Assembly (NCBI GenBank): GCA_001179505.1 | Contig: CDMY01000353.1 | Location: forward strand, 41,546 to 105,545 | Length of the DNA: 64,000 bases | DNA from: Vitrella brassicaformis CCMP3155 | Lineage: Eukaryota; Protista; Chromerida | Reading direction: 5' to 3' | Notes under the pieces: generated by a model | Databases searched by the model: none | Seen by the model: only the letters and a program-made list of their open reading frames with translations | What the model was told of the DNA's origin: nothing | Position numbers and translations under genes: made by a program | Shown: one piece after another, positions 38,513 to 49,346 of the stretch | Layout of the letters: each line of letters starts with the position of its first letter | How positions within the stretch are numbered: the stretch's first letter is position 1

Positions 38513-41028
38513 TCATCGTTCGCGGGACATCTGCTCCTGCACGAACCCAAATGCGTCCATGTTGCCCCGCCCTGGGTCAGCTCCGCTCAGCTTAAAAAGA
38601 GCTCCCTCAAGCGTCCCGGACGACGCCTTACTCAGCGACCGCGCCACCCCACCAGCACCCCTCTCGCCCCCCGATGCACCACCACCACCATGCTGCACAA
38701 ACGCAAAGGCCCCGCTGTCGCTGGCCGGCTGCTGCCTCTCGGGTGCGCCAGGCGCCCGGCCGCCGGGGAAGAGGGCGGCGTACCCCATGCCCCAGCCAGA
38801 GGGGTACGCCGACACACTGGGGCGGCCGGAGAGGATGTCCAGGTGGCTGTCCCTCCTCTGCCTGTCCATCCCCTGTTGCTGCTGCTGCTGCTGTGCGAAT
38901 GGCAGGCTCTGCTGTGGGCTGTGTGGGAGGGAGGGGGCGGACGCAGAAGCGGCCGGCGCGGGTGGTGGTGGGTGAGAGGGAGACGACGGGCCGAGCGACA
39001 TGCCCTCGAACAGGTTGGGCAGCGCGGCATCGCTGGTAGCCCGCAGCACCGGCGACGCCTCAGACTTCACCATCAGACTCCCAAACAGCCCCATGCTGCT
39101 CTTCGCTCCTCCCTCAGGGCTCGTGCCGTTGCCCAGCAGGTCGGCAGAGGCGCCCTCCGCCGCCAGCGACCCGTTGCCGATCAGTGGGGCGTCTCGTGGA
39201 GGCGAGTTGGCGAAGGGGAAGGATGAGGGGTGCGAGAGGGCGCCGGGGGTGGGGGAGAGCAGTGACGTCGATGATGGGTGGCCGCCTGGCGACGCAGACG
39301 AAGGCCCGACGGCTATGGGCATCGGCGAGCCGAAGGGATCTAACCCCGCCATGCTACCGTTGCCCACATCGGTGGATATCAGGGTGGCCGACACAGCTGA
39401 CGGCGGCCCAAGCGCGCCACCAGAAGGCGATATCAACAGGTCGTCACTCCCCAGCAGGTCGGTGGCAGCACTGGTGGGTGCGGCGTTGCGCTGGGTGGGC
39501 GTCTGGCTGCTGTCCATGTCGATCAAATCGGCGACAGGGCTCGTGTGCGCCGCTCTGTGTGGGCGGGTGTGGGGGTGCCTCGCCGGTGCAGGGCTGACGG
39601 GGTTCTCGTCGACGAGGCCGAGCAGGAAGAGGACCTTGGTGGCCTTCTGCCGGCACTGGGGGAGCTCTTGCGCCGAGAAGAGCAGCTCTGCCGCATTGTC
39701 CTGGAAGTAGCTCGTGTAGACACTGTCCTGCTGGGGCTCCTCGGCCTCCTCGCCCTCGGCCGCGTGTGTGTGGGTGACGAGAGCCTCCATGATGTAGAGC
39801 ACCTGATTGATGTGCGCACACACGCAGACAGACAGACAGACAGACAGACATATGCACATGGGCAAGTGGACACACACGCACGCCGCCGCGTGAGTGAGGT
39901 TCCCACCTTGAGCTTGCTCTGCCACGGCGTGGCCGCGTCCTGGGCCTTGTTGACCAGCAGCGTGCCCACCACAGCCGGATCCAGTGACTCGCACTTGCGG
40001 CAGAAGTCCTCGAGTGCATGGGCGGGCGGCGCTATCTTGGCTCCTCCAGGCGCACACAGATCCTCCACCAGCCTCGCCTCGTACTCGCCGGGCTGAGCTG
40101 ACGTCTGCGGCCTCGACAGACCCATGGCCGATGTGGGTGGAGGCGGCGGGGGCGGCATGCCGCCACTGGTGGACAGAGGGGCGGGGGGGGACTGGTAGCT
40201 CGATCCTCCCTGCCGCTGGTACCCTCCCACCCCCCCTGCAGCGCTGTAGCCTCCCATCGATGAGGGGCCTGAATAGCGGCTTGTACCCGGTAGGCCGCCG
40301 GGTAGCCGGGACGCGACAGCAGACGATGCGGGCAGCACTTTGGACACCACCGAGCTGATGTTGGACAGAATCTTGTCGGTCCGCGATGGCTGAGGCGCGT
40401 GGTCAAACGCCGGGTTGCCGAAGCCCGTCATGCCGCCCACCTTGGGCATCCCCACGCCCGATGAGTCGCCGCCTCCTGCAGAGAATGACGATGGCCCCCT
40501 GTATGAACTCTCGCCGCCGTATCTGGCCTCGGCGTGAGCGTAGCGGAGGGCCGGAGGGGGGTTGTACGCACCAGGGCCGTTGCTGTATGTTGGCGTGTCG
40601 CCTAGATCACTCCCAAACCCCTGGATGCGCCCGCTGGCGTCCAGCCCGGTCGTCTGACCCGCATTCTCGGCGCTGAAGAGCGCCTTGACGGTCTGCTCGG
40701 CCTCCTCCCTGACGTCCTTCGACGGCGCGTCGCCCTTGAGAGGGTCGGGTGCGCCCCTGTATGTGAGACACGCCTTGATGACCTCGGCCTTTCGCTGCAC
40801 GGCTCGCCTGAAGTCGGGCTTGCCCTTCTCGGCGACATGCTTGATGATGCGGAGGACCTTCAGTTTGACGTAGGGGTTGTCGCGCTGGAGCTTCTTGAGG
40901 AGGTACTCGTGCAGCTGCTCGGACGCCTCGGGATGCAGAAAGGTCATCTGGGCGATCTCGTTGAACATGTAACCAGGCGTCGGCACGTCGTCCTGACTCG
41001 TGGCACGGTTCAGCAGCGCCCGGTCCAT
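38513..41028 (-). CDS. TEPSIN: Tepsin (AP-4 accessory ENTH/VHS protein), 2 exons
   Basis: MDRALLNRATSQDDVPTPGYMFNEIAQMT...VKLKVLRIIKH...GAPDPLKGD (tENTH); second domain EYEARLVEDLCAPGG..LEDFCRKC; C-terminal NLFEGMSL and AFAFV/AFGFV AP-4-ear-type motifs. Confidence 0.92.
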
Positions 41029-41498
41029 GATGCTGCCGCTCTGATATATGGTCCCTGACTGCTCCAGAGGATCGTGACCAGGAGAAATCTAAGACAACGG
41101 CGATAAGCGGCTGCCTGCGTCTTCGTCTCTTGGAATGCCCTTCTCTTGACCACTTTCCCCTTGGCTCCAAGCTCGCAATTCAAGCTCGCATCTCGGCGTC
41201 GAAGGCGATAGCGCCCCGTCTTCTTTCGAATCCTGGGACACTGCGCTTTTTGAGTCAGATTCTGTTGTCCCGGCCCCGGCTGCTTACTCTCCCACACTAT
41301 TCAGCCATCGCGTGATTCATTGCAGCTGCCTCGGGCTTCCCACGGCTTCATTCCCCTGGCAGGCGGCTCTGCGGGGAAGCGGCCTGACGACTGCTGCATT
41401 TGGCTGCCAATCGCACTCCGCCAGCGTCTCGAACAGCGAGGCCCCATCGTTCTTCTTTGGCGGTGCTTGTCAGTCAGCCGTGGTTTGATCAGCTAGCG

Positions 41499-43306
41499 AT
41501 GGGGAATTGCGCATGCCCTCGGGGCGTGGCGGATGTGGTTGAAGAGGAACTGAACACTGAGGTGACATATAATACTACATTGGAGTCGACTTGTACACCT
41601 GCATGTCATGCGTGTGTGTGCAGGTAGAGCCTGCTCCCAAGGAGATGGCCAAGGCGACGATGGAGAGCGACACGCGTCCGTTGCTCAAGGACGCGGGCGG
41701 CACCCGTCTCAAGAAGGAGGTCACATTCGACAACGGAGCCGTCTACAACGGAGAATGGCTCATCGCACCCGAGGTATGTAGAAAACAAACAAAAGGAGGG
41801 AGGGAGGGAAAACGGCGAGGTGGGAAAAGGGATTATTGCTCTTTTGTGTGTGTGTGTGTGTGGCTGTGTGTGCCCCACCTACAGGGTGAGGTCCGCGATG
41901 GTTATGGTGTGCAGGTGTGGGCTGACGGTGCCCGGTACGAAGGCCAGTGGGTCAACGACAAGGCGCAGGGGAACGGCAAATTCATTCACGGTCTGTCTGC
42001 CAGTGAGGGAGGCTGTACTGTAAAAGGCTCACGTCTCCCATCCATCCATTCATCAATCCACACTGCCTGCCCTTTTTCCTTTCCTTTGTGGGTTTGTCAG
42101 TTGACGGCGATGTGTACCAGGGTCAATGGCTGGAGGACAAGGCACACGGCCACGGCGTATACAACCATGCCGACGGATCACGGTATGCAATGCATTGCAA
42201 GTCAGGCCTCACATGCACCATGTGTCTCATTCATTCATTGCTGGCCGTCCGTCCGGGTGTGATGTGCACTCACTGTTCATCCAGTTACGAGGGCGAGTGG
42301 CACGAGGACAAGCAGCACGGCAAGGGCACCGAGATGTGGCCCGACGGCGCCAAGTACGAGGGGCAGTACAGCAACGGACGCAAACACGGAAAGGGCGTCT
42401 TCTCATGGGCAGACGTACGGAGGCTCACACTCAGACACATGATAAAAGAGAGGGAGACATGTATGTGCCTTCCTTTTCCACGTGTGTGTGTACGTGAGGT
42501 CAGGGTAGTGTGTATGAGGGTGCGTTCTACGACAACGACATCCACGGCTTCGGCGTGTACAAGTGGTCGGACGGCCGCAAATACGAGGGCGACTGGAAGA
42601 AAAACCGAATGCACGGCAAAGGCAAATTCACCTGGTCAGACGGGAGGTACGGTCATTGCATTGCATCGCACACCATCGCACACACACAAGACAAGACAAG
42701 ACGCCCTCCGATGGCGACACGTGACGCTTCTCTTCTCTTTTGTGTGGGCTCACACAAACAGATGCTATGAGGGCTCATATGTCAACGACCAGAAAGAGGG
42801 AGAGGTCACACACACACACACGCACGCACACGCACACGCACTCGCAGACAGAGGCACATTCCGTTCCGTGGATGTGATGTCTCCCCCTCTGTGGTGGTGT
42901 GTGTGTGTAGGGTACGTTTGCGTGGCCCGACGGCCGTCAGTATGTGGGGGGGTGGAAGAACGGCAAACAACACGGAAGGGGCACTTACACTACAGGTGCC
43001 TGCATGACGGACGAGAGTGGCAGGCAGTGCGAGAGAGAGAATATGCAATATGCAATGTCTCTCTCCCTCTCCCCCCCTCTCTCTCTCTCTCTGCGTGTGT
43101 GTGTGTGTCGCTGTGTGTGCAGCCAAGGCCGAGAAGCGCGTTGGCGAGTGGGAGGACGGCCGGCGAGTCAGGTATCAATCACATGTGGATGGAACGAACG
43201 CGGCCGCAGCGTATGCCTGCCTGCAAGTGTTTTGGTGTGTTTGTGCGCTGCCTGGTTGCCCGCTGGCTGCAGATGGATCAAGGAGGATGACGATGGCGCC
43301 GACTGA
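41499..43306 (+). CDS. MORN-repeat protein with N-terminal MGNCAC acylation motif, about 10 exons
   Basis: Repeated YEGxWxxDKxHGxG-type units ([47 protein letters not shown]) across in-frame spliced exons. Confidence 0.93.
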
Positions 43307-43766
43307 TAAGACACACTCAGACGGTTGACGGTTTTTTGGCTGCCTTCTCGCCGCTCGCTTTGTAGCTGGCTGCAACCGTCCCCCCATGATATGAGTGCAT
43401 GCGTGTGTTTCACGTTCTGTGAGTGTCAGTGGCCGGGATGTCATGTGCACATCAATCACATGGTGGCTGGCTGTCTTGTGTATGGGTGGGGTCACTGGGG
43501 TGGGTAGGCTGTGTTGTGTCGCGAGGCGGACGGACGGACGGACAAGTGGTGGTCACACCAGAGGGACACTCTCTATCTGTTGGTAATCATTTCATTTCTC
43601 CACTGTTTGAGCTTTTGTCACAATGGATTCTTATGGAAACATACATGCAGGTCTTACTTTTATCCAACCACCACACACAGGAACATAGGACACCACGGCG
43701 CCCTACCACTGCACGCCGCCTCCCACGTCTGTCTCCGTCTGTCTCTGTTGTCTGTCTGTCGGTCAG

Positions 43767-44595
43767 TCAGTCCTTCTTGGCAGTGCCCGAAGACAGAGGC
43801 GGCCAGCTCTCCAGCCCTAACCCCAATCCCCCAGGCACCATCGACTGCTCCTCGTCCACCGCCTTGCTGGTGCTGCTGCTGCTATCACCCGTCACACCCG
43901 CACCGCCATCATGGTCACCCCCTCCCCCACCCGCAGCAGCCTCATGGCTCTCTGATGACGGCTTCTGTTGGGTGTCCTCTGCTGCTGTGGGTGGTGCTGG
44001 CCCGGCCTGCTGCGGTGGCGGCGGCTGCTGCTGCTGCTGCTGCTGTTGTGTTTGGAGCTCGAGCAGCTTGACGGCGACCTGCCGTCTTTCCTCCTCTATC
44101 ATGAGCTCGGCCTCTCTGTCGTATATGGCTGCCTGCAGCTTGGACAGCCGCTGCAGCTCGTGGCTGATGCTGCTCGCCACCATAGCCACTGCAGAGGGGT
44201 CGTCCAAGTCTAACATGGCCTCACAGTACCTGATATGATATGACGCACACAGCAGCAGGGTGACAGCAGGGTAGCACGGTGCGGGTGTGTTTCTGGTGAC
44301 CCTTTGCCAGCGAATTGGCTCATGAGGCCCTCAGCTACTGCGCCGTCCGAAGGAGACCTGACGACACACACACACACACACACGCATACAAACCAATGCC
44401 TCTCGTGCGTGTGTCTAGCTATTGGCGGGTGGGTGGGTTTGTCTTACTGTTGTGCGGCTTCTTCCAATTGTTGTGTGGATGTCTGCAGGGACGCGTATGA
44501 GTCCTGGCAGCTCTGGACCTCATTCGTGAGGCGCTCCTTCTTGGTCAGGTGGTTGCGGTGAAACTCCTGCAGCATCACGCTGTACCTGCAGACAT

Positions 44596-44626
<31 letters not shown>

Positions 44627-46242
44627 ACACAGATGGAGACAATGTCATTCCACTATTGTGTGCGGCATGGGGGGCTGTGTGTGTGTGGTCTGTACCTCTG
44701 CGCTTGGTCTTTGAGTTGGTTCTCTAGCTGGATGCGACGCTCCTTGAAGACGGCGTCCTCGCTGGCACACACAGACAGACAGTCAGACGTCAGACAGGCA
44801 GGAGAATCGACAAGGATAAGCATCTGTCTCGATGTCTCGCAATGTTCACTGACCCTGCAGCCATCCCTCCTCCGCTGGCAATGCCGTTGGCCATCATGGC
44901 CATACCACCGCCACCACCACCCGCCTCCATGCCCATGCCCATGCCCATGCCCATATTGACATTGCTGCCCTCCTGGCCAGCGCCAAACGGCTGAAACCCT
45001 GAGGAAAACAGACTACTGCCAACGCCCTGCTGCTGCTGCTGCTGCTGTTGGAACTGCTGAATGGGCTGTTGCATGGGCTGCTGGAAGGGCTGCAGTTCAC
45101 CACCGCCAGACAGGCCCATGCCCATACCCATCTCGGCCGCACCCACCTTGGGCATCTCACTCCCACCACCCCCAGACCCATAGCTGCCATACCCACCACC
45201 CCCGCCCGCCTCATTGGTCGACAGCCGTGCCATCCACTGCGGCAGCATGGCCTCCGCCACGGTGCGACATCCATTTGGGTCGTCTCGGGGGCTCTCTGCG
45301 AGCGGTGTGTGTGTGGTATGAGATGGGTGTGCCGATGCGATCGGTGTGACGTCCTTGGTGGGGCGGTGGGTGATGGGCAGGGGGGTGCTGCGCGACACCG
45401 ACTCGGTCAAAGTGACACCCTCGACGTGGGGGATGTTCACCCCGCTGCCGAGGTTCTGCGTGTACGGCAGCGTGTAGTGCTGCAACGCACGCACCTCAGC
45501 TGCACCCACCCACCATCGGACAGAAGAACAAAAGGGCCGAGGATGTGTTTCTGGTTGATTGATGGGCGATGTGATGTCTGTCTGTCTGTTGGGTTGTTTG
45601 TGTATCTATAGGTGTGTGGGTTGGCACCTAGGGAGTGGACGAATGGGCAGAAGTACTGCGAGCAGGCGTTGGTCTCCTGGTATTGCTTGCACAGATGCCT
45701 GAATGGCGCAAGGCGAGGCAGGGCGACATCAGACAGACAGTGGGCAGGATGGTGGGGTGCAACAAACGTACATACATTTGCAACGATATCTGTCTGTCCG
45801 CCGTCCCCCTGCCTGCCTGCTTGGCACCGCACCGTTTGTAGAAGAGCGGGTGGTACATGATCTCCTCATTCGAATGCGCAAAGGGACACTGCAAACCAGG
45901 CCCCCAAAACACACATCCATCCACCCATCCGTCCATCCACATCGGCCCTTCCCTCCCTCCATCCTCACTCACCTTGTCCCCATGGTTGCATTTGTTCTCC
46001 AATATCTCATGTCCCGTGCCGAGGACGATGTCGGGGCATGGCAGCGGCAGGTACCGCAGCGCGTTGCGGTCGCTCTTGTACACGGGCACCCGCCGGATCC
46101 AGTAGAAGTTGTGGCTGTACTCGCACTCGCTCTCGGGGCGGCTGCAGGTCCCCGAGTCGCGCACGTGGCGGCACGGCGACGTGCGGAAGCGGATGAGGTC
46201 GTCCACTGACAGGTACCCCGGCATCTTCAGCCGACGGTCCAT
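43767..46242 (-). CDS. Unkempt-like CCCH zinc-finger protein with Q/G/M-rich low-complexity region and C-terminal coiled coil
   Basis: FRTSPC..C..ECEYSH..WIRRVP, LPCPD..C..GDK|CPFAHSNEEIMYHPLFYK|..CKQY..C..YFCPFVH; then poly-Q/MG and heptad-rich exons. Confidence 0.85.
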
Positions 46243-46498
46243 TTAGCTACACGTACCATCAAAACAACGCCATCGTCAAAGATGCATCGACAACATCAAA
46301 AGGCCCGCGAATGAGATATCATCGATTTGCAATGCAGACTCATCTCGTTGAGAAGGCATCTGTTGGGTGGATGCATGCGTCGGCCAATCGTCAGCTCGCG
46401 CCTCAACCGACCTTTTCCCTTTCCCCAGACCTCTTTTGCCTTGTGGATTCGCTGCGAATAAGACCCCTGTACCATGCCGCAAGAAACGGACAGCCGCC

Positions 46499-48203
46499 AT
46501 GGGGTAATTTCTTCATGAAGATGCGCAGGCAATACACAGCTGTGTGTGGGCACTTCTGCCTGCACTTCCGCCCCTCTGTCCTTGCCCTCAGGCCGTCCCT
46601 CGATTACTTCGCTGCAAATCTCGCCCATTTGCACTGCTGGCTGCCCTCGCGACGGTCCTCCTGTGCGCCGATGCAGCCAACAAGCAGGAGAAGCGTCCAT
46701 CTGGCAGCCTGGAGGCGCCACACGATGCGGCCCGAAGAGCCATGGCCACAGACCAGACGACCGACACCAAAACGGGTTCCTCGGCGCTGCTCGAGGAAGC
46801 CATGATGGGTTCAGCCCGGCTGGACGCCGAGGCCCACAGGCTGTCGAGGGCGATGAGGAGGGGTGGGGCGGTGGTATCTGTGTCTTATGAGAGCTTCCTC
46901 TATCCGCTGTTCAAGTCCATCAACAACGGCACCACTGAGGGACTCGCGAAGCTGCTGGAAGAGGCGGAGAAGTCACAGCAGTCACATGGCAGCAGCGCCC
47001 TCGAGCTGGGGCAGATGCGCGAGGACGAGTGGCGGGACCTCAAGTCCAGCAGAGGGGAGGGCTGGGTCGACCACGGCCTTGACAACGTGCTGGTGCTGCT
47101 CATCACACACAGGGACGGCTTTCTCAGCGATAGAGAGCGGGTCATGCGAACGTGGGGCAAGCACTGCCCCCATCTGCTGACCGTCTTGGGTGTCATGCCT
47201 GAGATTCCCGACGGGAGGAAGGGCCAGGTGACGGACGTGGAGAAGGTGCACCTGGTGGGAGGGGATATAGATGGGTATAAGGCGTTGTACAAGAAGATGC
47301 TCAAGACGTACATGTGGCTGTGCGGGGCGGAGGAAGCTAAGCCCTACAGCTGGTTCATCAAGGTGGGCGACCAGTGCAAAAGAAAGAACACAGCGAGAGG
47401 AGGCTTTCTGTGTACATATCTATGGATGTGCTTGTTGGTTTCCGACAGTTCGACACGGACGCCTTCTTAGTGACGTACAATCTCGCAGCCGCACTAAACG
47501 CATTCGACAGCCCCGACACAAAGGTACGTCAGTCAGATCAACACAACACAGCCAATTCCCTCACACGCGCCTCTATGTCTTGTGTGTATGTGCCCCTCAC
47601 CTCCTGTCTGTCAGCCGTACTACGTCGGGCAGCGGATGCTCTACAAGGGCAAAGACTACGCCAGCGGAGGAGCAGGTCCAACCAACATGCCGCCCGCACA
47701 GGCCACTACCACCACCACCACAACACACACACACACACATCTGTGTCTGTCTTTTCCTGCCTGCCTGCGTGCCTGTGTGTAGGTTACATGATGTCCAAGG
47801 GCCTGATGGCCACCATGTGCCAGCCCCCCGTGTCAGGAGGGGTCGGCTCCAGTGGCTGGGAGAACTGCTACCTGCAAGACCTTGAGACGCTCGACTTCTG
47901 GGTGGGGGCCGAGTATTGGGGGCGGCCTGAAGACCTCTACATCGGCCTCTGCATACAGAAACACGCAGGTGGGGTGAGGACCGACCGGGCCGCGTCAAGT
48001 CGTCAACTGGCTGTGTGGTGTGTGTGGTGTGTGCAGGTGTGCAGGTGACCTCTGTGGCGGGGTTTGACTCCTCCCGGCCGCAGTGGGCGGAGAGGGACGA
48101 GAATGAGTTTTATCGTATGCGGAGCCTGCAGCAGCCACCGGTCATCACCCTTCACTACATCACCAAGCTGTTCTTCTACCAGCTCTATGCGGCCTTTTAT
48201 TGA
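46499..48203 (+). CDS. GT31 family glycosyltransferase (C1GALT1/Fringe-like beta-1,3-galactosyltransferase)
   Basis: RVMRTWGKHC, YKALYKKM, YSWFIK|FDTDAF (DxD), PYYVG, YASGGAG|YMMSKG, EDLYIGLC, ITLHY. N-terminal hydrophobic anchor FALLAALATVLL. The start is inferred via a 5-nt first exon. Confidence 0.9.
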
Positions 48204-48955
48204 CCACGAGAAGAATCATTTGTGGTGCTGTTGTGTGCGTGGTTTGAAGTGTGTGTGTCTGTGTGTGTGTGTGTGTGTCTTTGTGTACGTGACGGACAGC
48301 GGCCTACCTACAGCTGTACATATGTGAGGGCTGATGGCGATGAGTGAGTGCATATTGGGGGGGGTTATTGAGCACAATTAATTGCAAAGGCATTACATAG
48401 TAATCTTCTGACGAATGGACGGACCATTGGATGGATGGATGGATGGCAAATGACAACAAGAAAGGAGACACTGCATCGATCCTGTAGTCTGCTCATCAGC
48501 CTGTCTCTCTCTGTCTGTCCACCCACACACCGGCGCCGGGATCACGCAAGCCAGCACAACACCGCCAACCAAAAATAGCAACCCCGACACATACGCGCCG
48601 CCATGCACTCAGTGACACTCACTCCAGGAAACTCCTGCCTGCCTGCCTGCCACGTTGCCTGCCTGCCTGCCTGTCTGTCTGCCTGTCTGCCTGTCTACCT
48701 GCCTGCCTGCCTGTCCGCCTGTCTGCCTGCTCGGTCTCTCTATGTCTCCATGATTGCCTTGGACTACGTGGTCCATCTACGTGTCCCCTCTCTCTCATCA
48801 CGGGGCCGCACTCACAGACGGACTCATATCTTCAGGGGGGCTGCTCCATCCAGAGTGCTTGCCCTTTCTCCCTCTTCCGTCTCGATCTCGGCCAGCTGGG
48901 CAAGCACTAGTAAGCACCCGGCTGCTACGTCAGAGGGTGATGAACATTCGAGAGG

Positions 48956-49110
48956 GGCCCTTTAGCTGGAGGGCTGGCCGCAGGGCCAGCTCTGCGGCTG
49001 CAAGGCTGGCCTTCTGACTGCAGGGCTGGCCTTCCGACTGGAGGGCTAAACATCCGACTGGAGGGCTGGCCCTAAAGGCGGACATGCCAGCCCTCCGGCC
49101 GCAGGGCCAG
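48956..49110. repeat. Array of GC-rich CTGGAGGGCTGGCC-type subrepeats with an internal hairpin; first 55 bp repeated at 52721-52775
   Basis: 48956-49010 and 52721-52775 match at 54/55 positions. GGAGGGCTGGC (49060-49070) pairs with GCCAGCCCTCC (49086-49096). Confidence 0.85.
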
Positions 49111-49346
49111 CTTTGGCGCACAAGTGGCGTTGATTCAATTTGAGGGCAAGCTAAGCGAAGCGTCTGCTCAACGCCAATACCTCAGCAAGCACGCCAGTGT
49201 TACGGCGATGACTGAATCAGGGGTATTGAATGAGGGATTCCTGATGCGGTTGATCGAGGTTATGTGGGTGAGGTCATACGGCTGACAGCATCACTCGACC
49301 TCGTTCACCACCAGCCTCAAATAGCATATTTGCAGCAATTCAACAG

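Noticed and set aside
48393-48608. Hydrophobic 71-aa minus-strand ORF (MHGGAYVSGLL...)
   Set aside because: No supporting exons, and it runs into microsatellite sequence; at most a fragment.
48956-49110. Short repeated units as a possible CRISPR array
   Set aside because: The units are degenerate and nearly adjacent, with no unique regular spacers and no cas genes; the context is eukaryotic.
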